From Acidimicrobiia bacterium (lineage in GTDB: Bacteria; Actinomycetota; Acidimicrobiia; Spongiisociales; ZC4RG35), in contig DATFBM010000044.1 in the NCBI GenBank assembly GCA_035253825.1, positions 3,246-67,245 on the forward strand: DNA of 64,000 nt. The letters run 5' to 3'. This document shows, piece by piece, positions 17,513 through 27,086 of the stretch. Each line of letters starts with the position of its first letter. Position 1 is the first letter of the stretch. The position numbers were made by a program, and so were the translations under genes. The notes under the pieces are model-generated. The model had not been told where the DNA came from. It searched no databases and saw only the letters and a list, made by a program, of their open reading frames with translations.

Positions 17513-18694
17513 TCAGAGAGAGGAGGCGGCCGCCGCCAGGTCGGTCGACACTGCCGTCGACTCCCACGGGAATTCGGGACGTCCGAAATGACCGTAAGCG
17601 GCGGTGGGTCGATAGATCGGCCGACGCAGGTCCAGGCGGTCGATGATTGCCTGGGGACGGAAGTCGAAGAACTCAGCCACCAGAACTTCGAGGCGATCGG
17701 GGGGAATCTGAGAGCTCTCGAAAGTATCGACGTGGGTCGAAAAAGGCGCCGCCCGGCCGATGGCGTAGGCGAGTTGAACCTCGCATCTCGTCGCCAAGCC
17801 CGCGGCCACCACATTCTTGGCGGCATGACGGGCGGCATATGTGGCCGAGCGGTCGACCTTGGTTGGATCCTTGCCGGAGAATGCCCCTCCGCCGTGTCGG
17901 GCGTACCCGCCGTAGGTATCGACGATGATCTTGCGTCCGGTGAGGCCGGTGTCGGCGTGGGGCCCGCCGACTTCGAAACGGCCGGAGGGGTTCACGTAGA
18001 AGGCCGCCTTACGGTCGAGTAGCGAATCCGGAATCGAGGGCACCACTACTTCGTCCCACAAGTGAGCTCTCATCTCATTTTCCAAGTCGACCCCGGGGGC
18101 GTGATGGGCCGAGATGAGCACGCTCGCGACTCGGACTGGCCGGCGATCCTCGTACTCCACCATGACCTGAGTCTTGCCATCGGGTCGAAGGTAGGAGAGG
18201 GTGCCGTCCCGTCGCACCGCAGCCAGTCGTTCCGCCAGACGGTGGGCGAGCTGGATCGGGAGCGGCATCAGCTCGGGCGTCTCATCGACGGCGAAGCCGA
18301 ACATGATTCCTTGATCACCGGCTCCGAGAATGTCGTAGAAATCGGTCGATCCGGAGCGAGCCTCTTCCGCCCGGGTCACCCCGGCGGCAATGTCGGGGCT
18401 CTGCTGGTGAACCAGTACGGTGACCTCGATCGAATCGGCGGAGAACTCGGCGTCTCCGACGTAGCCAATATCGGCGATGGCCTCTCGGGCCACTTTCTCG
18501 GGTTCAATCGAGGCGGTGGTATTGAGCTCTCCGGCGACTACGGCTTTGCCCGTTGTGACCAGGGTCTCGCACGCCACCCGCCCCTCCGGGTCCTGGGCGA
18601 GAACGGCGTCCAGAACACTGTCGGAAACAGCGTCGGCGACCTTGTCGGGATGCCCCTCGGTGACGGACTCCGACGCGAAGAACCAGCGGCGCAT
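17513..18694 (-). CDS. metK: S-adenosylmethionine synthase
   Basis: [18 protein letters not shown] aligns with the canonical MetK N-terminus, and the [12 protein letters not shown] and [16 protein letters not shown] motifs are present. ATG 18718, 5 nt after the coaBC stop, is an alternative start. The extension to 18796 lies inside coaBC. Confidence 0.93.
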   Translation of the reverse strand: MRRWFFASESVTEGHPDKVADAVSDSVLDAVLAQDPEGRVACETLVTTGKAVVAGELNTTASIEPEKVAREAIADIGYVGDAEFSADSIEVTVLVHQQSPDIAAGVTRAEEARSGSTDFYDILGAGDQGIMFGFAVDETPELMPLPIQLAHRLAERLAAVRRDGTLSYLRPDGKTQVMVEYEDRRPVRVASVLISAHHAPGVDLENEMRAHLWDEVVVPSIPDSLLDRKAAFYVNPSGRFEVGGPHADTGLTGRKIIVDTYGGYARHGGGAFSGKDPTKVDRSATYAARHAAKNVVAAGLATRCEVQLAYAIGRAAPFSTHVDTFESSQIPPDRLEVLVAEFFDFRPQAIIDRLDLRRPIYRPTAAYGHFGRPEFPWESTAVSTDLAAAASSL

Positions 18695-18723
18695 GAGTGG
18701 GCGAGAGCTTACCGGCATCGCCT

Positions 18724-19896
18724 TTAAGGATTGAGGCGGCTCTGAATCAAATCCCAGAGCCGGGCCGCCACTTCCCGCTTGGAGAGAAGCGGCCACTCCT
18801 CCACTTGCCCGTCGGGGGTGATGATCGAGACGCGGTTGGTGTCGACGCCAAATCCGGCCCCCGGTTCATCCACGTCATTCGCCACAGTCAGATCACTTCC
18901 CTTGCGGATCGCTTTCTCCACGGCTCGGGGAATGTTCGACGTTTCAGCCGAGAAACCGACTACGTACGGACGCTTGGCTCTAGATGCCACCGCCCCCAGG
19001 ATGTCGGGCGTGGATTCGAGATCGATAGTTGGTGGGCCCTCGCTCCTGGATAGCTTTGAGGCCCAGGGGTCCTTGGGCCGGAAGTCGGCCACGGCTGCGG
19101 CCATGATGGCGACATCGACGTCGAGCTTGTCAACAGCGTCGGCCATCTCTTGTGCGGATTCCACCCGTATGAGATCGACCGCGGGATGCGCCTCCCGGTC
19201 GGCGGCGGTCACCAAATGCACACGAGCTCCCCGCCGAGCGGCTTCATCGGCGATGGCATGTCCCATCTTTCCCGAGGAGCGGTTGCCGAGGAATCGAACC
19301 GGATCGATCGCCTCGCGGGTCCCGCCCGCCGTGACGAGGACTGTGAGACCGCTCAAAGGTCCCGCCAGGTGATCGATCAGTGCTTCGACGATCGCCTCCG
19401 GCTCGGCCATGCGACCCACGCCCTCGTCGCCCCCGGCCAACGGCCCAGTTTCGGGTCCCACCACCCACCGACCGTCCTGGCGTAGAAGAGCCAGGTTCCG
19501 TTGGGTGGCGGGGTTCTCCCACATCTCGGTGTGCATGGCGGGTGCCAGAAGCACGGGAGCGGTCGTAGCCAGCAGGGTGGCGCTGGCGGCCTCTTCGGAT
19601 ATCCCCAGGGCGAGACGGGCCAGGGTGGCGGCCGTGGCAGGGGCAACGATGACGGCTTCCGCCCACCGGCCCAACTCGGTGTGGGGACTTACCGAGGAGA
19701 AAAGCGATCGCACCACGGGATGGCCGGTGATGGCGGCAAACGTGGTGGGACCAATGAAGTTGGTGGCCTCCTCGGTGATGACGGTTCTCACCTCTGCTCC
19801 ACCCTCGACGAGCAGCCGGGCGAGGTAGGCCGATTTGTAGGCCGCCACACCGCCGGTGACAACCAAAACGATTCGCCGACCCGAAAGAGCCGACAT
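18724..19896 (-). CDS. coaBC: bifunctional phosphopantothenoylcysteine decarboxylase / phosphopantothenate--cysteine ligase
   Basis: The N-terminal flavoprotein half starts [22 protein letters not shown], followed by the C-terminal CoaB half. ATG 19896 lies just downstream of the rpoZ stop at 19904. Confidence 0.92.
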   Translation of the reverse strand: MSALSGRRIVLVVTGGVAAYKSAYLARLLVEGGAEVRTVITEEATNFIGPTTFAAITGHPVVRSLFSSVSPHTELGRWAEAVIVAPATAATLARLALGISEEAASATLLATTAPVLLAPAMHTEMWENPATQRNLALLRQDGRWVVGPETGPLAGGDEGVGRMAEPEAIVEALIDHLAGPLSGLTVLVTAGGTREAIDPVRFLGNRSSGKMGHAIADEAARRGARVHLVTAADREAHPAVDLIRVESAQEMADAVDKLDVDVAIMAAAVADFRPKDPWASKLSRSEGPPTIDLESTPDILGAVASRAKRPYVVGFSAETSNIPRAVEKAIRKGSDLTVANDVDEPGAGFGVDTNRVSIITPDGQVEEWPLLSKREVAARLWDLIQSRLNP

Positions 19897-19903
19897 CAGG
19901 CGG

Positions 19904-20125
19904 CTATTCCTCGGCGTGCTCTGCCTGAACCATGCCTCCGGCGATTTCCTCCATCGCAATGGTGAGGGGTTTGCGGGAGAGGCTGTTCACCTGCGGGGGG
20001 ATGTTCTTCCCCTCGTTGGAGCCGAGCCCGCTGTAGTAAGCGTTGATCTGGCGGGCTCGCCGAGCGGCAACAACAACCGTTGCGAACCGGTTGCCAATGT
20101 TGTCGATGACATCCTCGATCTTCAT
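19904..20125 (-). CDS. rpoZ: DNA-directed RNA polymerase subunit omega
   Basis: 73 aa: DNIGNRFATVVVAARRARQIN. Sits in the conserved gmk-rpoZ-coaBC context. Confidence 0.9.
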   Translation of the reverse strand: MKIEDVIDNIGNRFATVVVAARRARQINAYYSGLGSNEGKNIPPQVNSLSRKPLTIAMEEIAGGMVQAEHAEE

Positions 20126-20149
20126 GGGACCTGTCTGGTTGGGGATTGC

Positions 20150-20767
20150 TCATTCTACCGCCGACATGTGCTGATCGACTTCCGCGATACAGCGCTCGAG
20201 ATCGTCGTTGACAACGACAAAGTCGAAAACGCCCTTGGCGTCGGCAATCTCGCCCCGGGCGATTAACAAGCGTCGGGCGATTTCATCCTCAGGGGTGTCG
20301 GCGCGGAGACGTAAGCGAGCCTCGAGATCCTCGATGCTCGGCGGGACCACGAAGAACATGATGGCCTCCGGGTAAGACTCCCTGATCTGGCGAGCCCCTT
20401 GCACCTCGATCTCGAGCAACACGTCGGTACCCTGCGCGAGGTTCTCGAGAACGGGCGCACGCAACGTGCCGTAACAACGGTCGTTGTATTCGGCCCACTC
20501 CAGTAGCTCCCCGGCTTCGATCAGCTTGCCGAATTCTTGGGGAGCGACGAACCAATAGTGGACGCCATGTTCTTCGCCCGGCCGCGGATCCCGGGTGGTA
20601 GCCGAGACCGAGAAGTAGAACTGGCGGCGTCGGCGCAGCCCCTTGACGACGGATGACTTCCCCGCTCCGGATGGACCGGAGATGACAAAGAGCCGTCCCC
20701 GGTTTCTCTCAGCCAACCGTTGCTCAGCCGAGCGCGGCGAGAAGGGCCTTCCGTTGCCGCTCGCCAA
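20150..20767 (-). CDS. gmk: guanylate kinase
   Basis: RLFVISGPSGAGKSS P-loop, TTRDPRPGEEHGVHYWF motif. Both candidate starts are TTG (20767, which overlaps mihF by 44 nt, or 20716), so the start is uncertain. Confidence 0.9.
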   Translation of the reverse strand: MASGNGRPFSPRSAEQRLAERNRGRLFVISGPSGAGKSSVVKGLRRRRQFYFSVSATTRDPRPGEEHGVHYWFVAPQEFGKLIEAGELLEWAEYNDRCYGTLRAPVLENLAQGTDVLLEIEVQGARQIRESYPEAIMFFVVPPSIEDLEARLRLRADTPEDEIARRLLIARGEIADAKGVFDFVVVNDDLERCIAEVDQHMSAVE

Positions 20768-21044
20768 GGCCCCGAATGCGGCGATTGGGGGCGATTTCGA
20801 GCGATTCGAGAAGGCGCTTGGCGCCGATTTTTCCCATTCCGGGCAATGACTCCAGCAGCGACTCGACTTTCAGGCCGGCGACATAGTCCTCCGATTCGGC
20901 CCGATCGAACACCTCACGCAAAGTCAACGAGCCGGTCTTGAGGAGCTCCTTGATCTCGGCTCTGATACGTCGCGCCTCGCCCGCCTTGGCCAGAGCCGCG
21001 GCCCTTTGCTCGGGAGTGATTTGCGGCGGCTTTGGAGAGGTCAC
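20724..21044 (-). CDS. mihF: actinobacterial integration host factor MihF
   Basis: 106 aa. ITPEQRAAALAKAGEARRIRAEIKELLK...IAPNRRIRGLGERQRKALLAALG closely resembles mycobacterial MihF (recalled from memory). Conserved mihF-gmk-rpoZ order. Confidence 0.9.
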   Translation of the reverse strand: MTSPKPPQITPEQRAAALAKAGEARRIRAEIKELLKTGSLTLREVFDRAESEDYVAGLKVESLLESLPGMGKIGAKRLLESLEIAPNRRIRGLGERQRKALLAALG

Positions 21045-21051
21045 GGTTTCG

Positions 21052-21057
21052 ATGCTA
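21052..21057 (-). promoter_or_regulatory. candidate -10 hexamer (TAGCAT) for a leaderless mihF transcript
   Basis: The minus strand reads TAGCAT-CGAAACC-GTG. A TANNNT hexamer lies 7 nt upstream of the mihF GTG and there is no Shine-Dalgarno. The hexamer overlaps the MFS gene stop. Confidence 0.4.
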
Positions 21058-22239
21058 ACCCTGGCCGGCGGCGGTCACCTGCCTTACTCGGAGTCGGGAG
21101 GATGCCCACACGGCAACCGTCAGGGCGAGAACGAAGGCCAGATTCGAGAGCCAGTGGAATCCAAAGCTCTCCTTGACGAAACCGGAGGCAAAAGCGGCAC
21201 TGCCGCCCAGCACCGACAACACGGCATCTGCCAAACCCTGACTGGCCACTCGATACTCGTCGCCGCTGGCGGACACCAGCAGGCTTGAACCGCCAATCAG
21301 TCCAAAGCTCCAACCGAGGCCGAGAAAGAAGAGGCCCGCGAAGATGAGAGCCGGTTGGTACCCCGCAATCACGGCTGCTACTACTCCGGTACCGAGGATG
21401 GCGGCCCCGAGCCGGATCGATCGCAACGGCCCGTAGCGGTCGACGATCCTCCCCACAACCGGCGAGAGGCCGAACATTCCCAGGACATGAACGGCTATTA
21501 CCGCCCCCGATAGCTCGGCTTGGCCATGGTCGCGCATGTGCAACGGCGTCATCGTCATCACCGCCACCATCGCCGCCTGGCTGAGGGCAATGGAACCGAT
21601 TCCGAGCAAGGCCAACGGGCGAGTCCTGATCACCGACCAGGTGGTGCCGACTGTCGGCCTCGGCCCCGCATCTACGATTTCCCTTTTCAGCAAGGGATCG
21701 GGCCGGAGCCAGATGGCCACCACCAGGGCGGCCAGCACCAACAGGAGCACCGACACCAGGAGTGGGGCGGTCCAAGGCCGGAACCCTTGTTCCAGGCCCC
21801 AAGTGTTCTCCCAGGAGCCGAGGCTGGGGCCGACAACTCCCCCGAGAGCCCCGACCCAGACCACGAGCGAGATGACCCGCCCTCGTTCCTCTGGGGTAGC
21901 CAAGTCGGCCGCCGCGAAACGACTCTGGAGGGCGGCTGTCTGACCCGTTCCCACCAGCACCAGAGCGAAAAGAAAGGGGATGAAGACCCCGCCTTGGCTG
22001 AGGAAAAAGCCCAGCACCGCACCCGCCGCGCCCAACAAATACCCCGCCCACAAGGCCGGGCGGCGTCCTTTGGCGAGAGCCCTCCTCGCCAGGGGAGCCG
22101 CCATCACCGCCGTGCCCAGAGTCAGTGCCGCATTGGGGAGTCCGGCCCATCGATCGGTACCGGTCAGATCGGCGGCGAGAAGCCCCAGAACCGAGACCAT
22201 CGTCACGTATCCCGCCGAGAAGAGAGCCTGGCTCGTCAT
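21055..22239 (-). CDS. MFS transporter
   Basis: About 12 hydrophobic helices with the MFS loop motif (APLARRALAKGRRP). Start placed at ATG 22239, the first canonical start after the upstream stop at 22269. The track ORF to 22440 is R-rich and overlaps the SGNH gene. Confidence 0.8.
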   Translation of the reverse strand: MTSQALFSAGYVTMVSVLGLLAADLTGTDRWAGLPNAALTLGTAVMAAPLARRALAKGRRPALWAGYLLGAAGAVLGFFLSQGGVFIPFLFALVLVGTGQTAALQSRFAAADLATPEERGRVISLVVWVGALGGVVGPSLGSWENTWGLEQGFRPWTAPLLVSVLLLVLAALVVAIWLRPDPLLKREIVDAGPRPTVGTTWSVIRTRPLALLGIGSIALSQAAMVAVMTMTPLHMRDHGQAELSGAVIAVHVLGMFGLSPVVGRIVDRYGPLRSIRLGAAILGTGVVAAVIAGYQPALIFAGLFFLGLGWSFGLIGGSSLLVSASGDEYRVASQGLADAVLSVLGGSAAFASGFVKESFGFHWLSNLAFVLALTVAVWASSRLRVRQVTAAGQG

Positions 22240-22268
22240 CAGCGTGACGAGAACCCTCCGGGGGACGC

Positions 22269-23267
22269 CTATGGGAGGTTCCAATTCTTCTCGATCTCGG
22301 CCAAGGCGACCCGCGCCAGTCGGATTCCGCCCGCGGTCGTGAGATGGATGCCGTCGTTCAAACGCATATCGACCAGGTCGCCTTCGTCGTTGATCAGGTA
22401 CTCGGAGAATCCGCCGTCCGGTCCGGTGAAGACATCCCAACTGTTGATGTAGGTCACCCCGAGGTGAGCGGCGGCTTCGGACTCATATATCTGATTCATC
22501 GTGGCCACCTTCTCACGAAACGAGTCCGAGCGCACGATCGGCATTCCCACCCAGTACACGTCTCGATTGTCGGCCACAAGCTCGGCCATCAACTCTCCCA
22601 CCCGTAGGCGATATTCAGCCATCCATTCAGCCGTCCCGTATTCGTGCCAGCTGCCATCGATTTGGATCGCCTGGGCGTCGTTCCCCCCAAAAAAGAGGAC
22701 GAGCGCATCGGGATCCTGCTCGGCCCCGACCTCTCGCAGCCGGGCTGGCCAATCGAGAAAGTCGGTGCGGGTGAGCCCAGAATCGAACTCATAGACGACT
22801 TCGGTGACATCGATATAGCCGGTGTTCTCGGCTTGGTTCGCCAGCATCGGTCCGAACTGGCCCACCATGGAATCTCCCCCGATGAAGAGACGCAGTGGGT
22901 CGGTTGTGGAAATGACTCTCCTTCCCGCATTGGTCGTGGTCGTCGGTTCGGGTGCGGTGGTCGTCACGGGCAGAGCAGCCGAAATCGTCGTGGTCGTCGA
23001 CACCACCGCCTGCTCCCGACCCAGAGCGGCATCGATGGCGTTGTGGGGAGCATCAAGCCAAAAGAGCCGGGAGATGAAATCGAATGGCTTGGCCGCCGCC
23101 ACGGCCAGGTCCCGCTTCCAGCCCGCTTCCTGGCGGCGGGCGGTTGCCATGATGTCGGGCGCATTGAGCAATAGGCCCATGAGCAACGCCGCCACCGTGA
23201 CAAAGATGGCGCTTCCTGCCGGCATCACCGGGCCCTTGCCGATCCAGGAGTCAGGCTCGAGATCCAT
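22269..23267 (-). CDS. membrane-anchored SGNH/GDSL-family hydrolase/acyltransferase (DUF459-like)
   Basis: N-terminal TM helix, a Thr/Pro linker, then SGNH blocks: FIGGDSMVGQ (Ser), FFGGNDAQ (Gly/Asn), NDGIHLT (Asp-x-x-His). The ATG overlaps the MBOAT stop by 1 nt (TGATG). Confidence 0.8.
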   Translation of the reverse strand: MDLEPDSWIGKGPVMPAGSAIFVTVAALLMGLLLNAPDIMATARRQEAGWKRDLAVAAAKPFDFISRLFWLDAPHNAIDAALGREQAVVSTTTTISAALPVTTTAPEPTTTTNAGRRVISTTDPLRLFIGGDSMVGQFGPMLANQAENTGYIDVTEVVYEFDSGLTRTDFLDWPARLREVGAEQDPDALVLFFGGNDAQAIQIDGSWHEYGTAEWMAEYRLRVGELMAELVADNRDVYWVGMPIVRSDSFREKVATMNQIYESEAAAHLGVTYINSWDVFTGPDGGFSEYLINDEGDLVDMRLNDGIHLTTAGGIRLARVALAEIEKNWNLP

Positions 23268-24685
23268 CAGAATTGGAAGTAGATGAAGGGCGCCACTCCC
23301 TCAGGGCCAAGAGCGTCGAGAACGAGGAGAAAAGCCCCCAGGGCGGCGGCCATCGGGACCGGCTGCAAGCTCACGAACGAGCGCCGCAGGCGCAGGCGGA
23401 GATCCGAGGGCAGGTATTGGGCGCCCAACCCGCCCACGATCAGGATCGCGACCGCGGGAGTGATGGCCGCCACGGTCCCGAAAGAGCCAAGGCGCTCGAG
23501 GACACCGACCGCGGCGGAAAGCGAGTCCGATCGAAACAACACCCAGCCGAGACAGACGACGTGGAAAATGATCACCCGCCGGAGGACCCGTCGTGCGAGG
23601 CTGTCGACTCGCTCGACACCACGCGCCTCCCGGCGAGAGGCGAGCCACCGCTCGAGGGCGAGGACAGCGCCGTGGAGACCCCCCCACAGGACGAATGTCC
23701 AGGCGGCGCCGTGCCAGAGACCGCCCAGCAGCATGGTGATCATCAAGTTGCGATAGGTAGCTGCAGTCCCTTTGTGACTGCCTCCCAAGGGGATGTAGAG
23801 GTAGTCGCGGAGAAAGCGCGACAGCGTCATGTGCCAGCGCCGCCAGAAGTCCGCCAGACTGTCGGCGATATAGGGCCGGTTGAAGTTTTGGGGGAAGCGA
23901 AATCCGAGCAGCAGCGCCAGGCCGATAGCGATATCCGTGTAGCCGGAGAAATCGGCGTAGATCTGGACCGCATAGCCGTAGATGCCCGCCAGCGTTTCTA
24001 GTGACGAGAAGCTTGCAGGCGAGGCAAACACGGGGTCGACCAGCGTGGTGGCAAGGGTGTTGGCCACCACCACTTTTTTGAACAAGCCACCGGCGATGAG
24101 CAGGAACGCTGCCCCGGCGGCGACCCGTCGGGGATCGTGTCGCTCCCGGAGTTGGGGCAAGAACTCGGCGCTGCGGACGATGGGCCCGGCCACGAGATGA
24201 GGAAAGAACGAGACGAAGGCGGCGAAATCGAGGAGCGGCACCGGTTCCAGCTTTCCTCGGTAGATGTCAATCGTGTAGCTGAGCGATTGGAAGGTGAAGA
24301 AGGAAATCCCCACCGGAAGGATGATGTTGAGGATCGGTAGCGGGAGGTCGATCCCCAGAGGAGCGGTGAGATTGATCAGCGAACTAACGAAGAAGTCGTA
24401 GTACTTGAAGTACCCGAGCACTCCCAAGCTGACGATCAATCCGAGAATCAAGAGCCGCTTTCGAACCCCCGGGTCAGTGCGTCGATAGATCAGCCCGCCG
24501 ATGGTGTGGTCCGCAACGGTGGTGAACCCCAGAAGAAAACAGAACCGCCAATCCCAGGAGCCATAGAAGAAGTAGCTGGCGGTGAGAATGAAAACCTTCC
24601 ACCGGCGCGGATGCGGTAAGAGCAACCAGCTCACGGTCAAAACGACCGCGAAGAACAGGGCAAATTCGATCGTGGGGAAAATCAC
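23267..24685 (-). CDS. MBOAT-family membrane-bound O-acyltransferase (AlgI/DltB/PatA-like)
   Basis: 472 aa and polytopic. Carries the signature RRWHMTLSRFLRDYLYIPLGG and the invariant His in GGLWHGAAW. The N-terminus MIFPTIEFALFF is typical of AlgI-like proteins. Confidence 0.88.
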   Translation of the reverse strand: MIFPTIEFALFFAVVLTVSWLLLPHPRRWKVFILTASYFFYGSWDWRFCFLLGFTTVADHTIGGLIYRRTDPGVRKRLLILGLIVSLGVLGYFKYYDFFVSSLINLTAPLGIDLPLPILNIILPVGISFFTFQSLSYTIDIYRGKLEPVPLLDFAAFVSFFPHLVAGPIVRSAEFLPQLRERHDPRRVAAGAAFLLIAGGLFKKVVVANTLATTLVDPVFASPASFSSLETLAGIYGYAVQIYADFSGYTDIAIGLALLLGFRFPQNFNRPYIADSLADFWRRWHMTLSRFLRDYLYIPLGGSHKGTAATYRNLMITMLLGGLWHGAAWTFVLWGGLHGAVLALERWLASRREARGVERVDSLARRVLRRVIIFHVVCLGWVLFRSDSLSAAVGVLERLGSFGTVAAITPAVAILIVGGLGAQYLPSDLRLRLRRSFVSLQPVPMAAALGAFLLVLDALGPEGVAPFIYFQF

Positions 24686-24696
24686 GGGATCGGACC

Positions 24697-26373
24697 ATGG
24701 TACGGCCGACTACTACCGTTGCCACAGTCGTCATGCCCTCCCCTACCCAGGTTTCTCGTGCGCGCCCTCAGCTTCGTTCTCGCCGCCCGCGCAAGCGTCG
24801 TGTAACTCGCCGCGGGTGGATCGTTTTCGTATTGCTGGGCCTGGCGGCGGCCGCCGCCTTCATCATCCCCCTGATGGAGCGCCCCGTGGTCGGCCTGACA
24901 GGAGTGGAGGACGATCAGGTAATCACCGCGGCAGAGTTCCCGCTTTCGCTTTCTCTGACGGTTGATCGTGAGGTTGAGAGCATCGTCGCTTACCTCGACG
25001 ACGAAGGGATACCTATCGAGCGATCTTCGGGTGGAGCCTCGATCGCCATCGACGGGCTCGAGGATGGGCCGCATGTGATTTCGATCGTGGTTGATCGGGG
25101 CTCACTGGTACCACCCGTCTCAACCGAGAGACGATTCCGCGTCGATTCCGAAGCCCCCGTGATCACGGTTGTAAGCCCAACGGCCCCGGTGGCCCCGCTC
25201 GGCCCCGTGGAGTTGAGGGTGACGACAGACGATCCAGATTCGATGGTGACGATTGCCGGCAGCGAAGTCATAGCTTCTACTGATGGCTCTTTCGCCATCG
25301 AGTTTCCCAACCCACCCGAGTCACCGATCGCGGTGCAGGCCCGAGACATGGTCGGAAACTCGGCCACAACCGAAGTCGCATTCCAGCTCGACCTCCCCGG
25401 CAACCCCGGCAGCGACAGCATTCGAGGGGTGCATGCTTCCGGCTATACCTGGTCGAGTCCCGCCCTCAAAGATCCGATCATGGCGATGATCGCTTCCGGT
25501 CAGATCAACACCGTCGAGATCGATCTCAAAGACGAGGCCGGGAAGATCTGGTGGGCAACTTCGGTCCCTCTCGCCTCGGAAATCGGGGCGATCGAAGAAC
25601 TGTGGAACCTGGGCGAGGTCGTACGCGAGCTGCACGCGCTCGGGGTCCGGGTCATCGGTCGCCTGGTGGTCTTCCGCGACCCCATCCTGGCTGATTGGGC
25701 AGTGGCTCAGGGAAACACCGACTGGATTGTCCAAAACCCCGATGGCACTCCCTACGGTCAGTACGGGGGTTACACAAACCCTTTTAGCCCCGAGGTTTGG
25801 GAATACAACATCGCCATCGGCGAAGAAGCAGCGCGGCTCGGGGTCGACGACATTCTCTATGACTACGTGCGCCGACCCGATGCCTTCATGGATCGGCTGC
25901 GTTTCCCACTGCAAGGAGACCAAACCCCCGAAGACGCCATCGTCGGATTTCTGGAAGCGAGTCAGCCCCGGATTCACAGCGCCGGTGCCCGACTGGGAGC
26001 TTCGGTTTTCGGGATCGCCGCCACACATCCCGATCAGATCGCCCAGCCAATTCCCCGCATCGCCGAGACCGTTGACTATGTCGCTCCCATGGTGTACCCC
26101 TCGCACTGGGGTCCCAACGAATACGGCGTCGTCCACCCCAATGCCAGCCCCTATGACATCGTCTTCAGATCCCTTTCGGAGTTCCAGCGTCAGGTGGAGG
26201 GGACGGAGGCGACAGTCCTCGGCTGGTTACAGGACTTCTCCCTGGGAATCGAATACGGCCCCGCCGAGGTCAGGGCCCAGATCGAAGCCGCGGCCGATGC
26301 TGGGGTCCTCGACTTTCTCCTCTGGGACGCGGCGGCGACCTATACCTCCGATGCCCTCGATGTGATTCCCTGA
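24697..26373 (+). CDS. membrane-anchored putative glycoside hydrolase (TIM-barrel, GHL10/DUF4015-like) with Ig-like N-terminal domains
   Basis: Arg-rich N-terminus plus a TM helix (GWIVFVLLGLAAAAAFIIPL), about 200 aa of beta-rich domains, then IRGVHASGYTW...INTVEIDLKDEAG...DDILYDYVR...VAPMVYPSHW. This resembles the uncharacterised glycosyl-hydrolase-like family as I remember it. The start could also be ATG 24733. Confidence 0.6.
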   Translation: MVRPTTTVATVVMPSPTQVSRARPQLRSRRPRKRRVTRRGWIVFVLLGLAAAAAFIIPLMERPVVGLTGVEDDQVITAAEFPLSLSLTVDREVESIVAYLDDEGIPIERSSGGASIAIDGLEDGPHVISIVVDRGSLVPPVSTERRFRVDSEAPVITVVSPTAPVAPLGPVELRVTTDDPDSMVTIAGSEVIASTDGSFAIEFPNPPESPIAVQARDMVGNSATTEVAFQLDLPGNPGSDSIRGVHASGYTWSSPALKDPIMAMIASGQINTVEIDLKDEAGKIWWATSVPLASEIGAIEELWNLGEVVRELHALGVRVIGRLVVFRDPILADWAVAQGNTDWIVQNPDGTPYGQYGGYTNPFSPEVWEYNIAIGEEAARLGVDDILYDYVRRPDAFMDRLRFPLQGDQTPEDAIVGFLEASQPRIHSAGARLGASVFGIAATHPDQIAQPIPRIAETVDYVAPMVYPSHWGPNEYGVVHPNASPYDIVFRSLSEFQRQVEGTEATVLGWLQDFSLGIEYGPAEVRAQIEAAADAGVLDFLLWDAAATYTSDALDVIP

Positions 26374-26390
26374 CCTCAATTTCGGGTGGG

Positions 26391-27086
26391 CTAGGGCTTC
26401 GTGGCAAGAATCCGGGAGAATTCCACTGCTGCTTCCTTCGGATCCGAGGCGCGGGTGATGGGTCGACCCACCACGATGATGTCGGCGCCTTTCGCCGCCG
26501 CCTCGTGGGCACTCCCGCTCTGGCGCTGATCGTCGGAGCTTCCATTATTGCGAATCCCGGGGCTGACCTTGGTCAGATGCGGTGCCACCTGAGCGACGAC
26601 ACCCAGTTGCTTGACTCCGCAAACCACTCCTTCGCAACCTGCCTCTTGCCCTAGGCGAGTCATCCGAGCCACCTGCTCGCCCAGTGAGCCTCGAAATCCA
26701 GTCTGGGCGAAAGTTGCCTCGTCCATGCTCGTCAAAACCGTGATGGCGAGCACTCCCGCCAAATTGCCGGCTGCCCCGTCCTCGAGGCCAGCGGCTGCCG
26801 CCTCCAGCATCGATCTTCCCCCGGCGGCGTGGGCGGTGATATAGCGAGCCCCGAGTCGACCCAGCTGGCGAGCGGCGCCGCGAACCGTGTTGGGAATGTC
26901 AAAGAGCTTGGCGTCGGCGAAGACGGGTCGGCCGAGCTGGCGGATGGCAGCGATCGTCGCCGGGCCCGGGCCGAGCAGCAGCTCGAGGCCCACCTTGAAG
27001 CCGTCGACATGCGGTGCCAAGTCATTTGCCGACCGTACGGCCTTCTCGGCCGAATCGAAGTCAAGAGCAACAAAGAGCTGAGTCAT
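26391..27086 (-). CDS. pyrF: orotidine 5'-phosphate decarboxylase
   Basis: 231 aa: LFVALDF, FKVGLEL, VFADAKLFDIPNTV, IIVVGRPI. Confidence 0.93.
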   Translation of the reverse strand: MTQLFVALDFDSAEKAVRSANDLAPHVDGFKVGLELLLGPGPATIAAIRQLGRPVFADAKLFDIPNTVRGAARQLGRLGARYITAHAAGGRSMLEAAAAGLEDGAAGNLAGVLAITVLTSMDEATFAQTGFRGSLGEQVARMTRLGQEAGCEGVVCGVKQLGVVAQVAPHLTKVSPGIRNNGSSDDQRQSGSAHEAAAKGADIIVVGRPITRASDPKEAAVEFSRILATKP

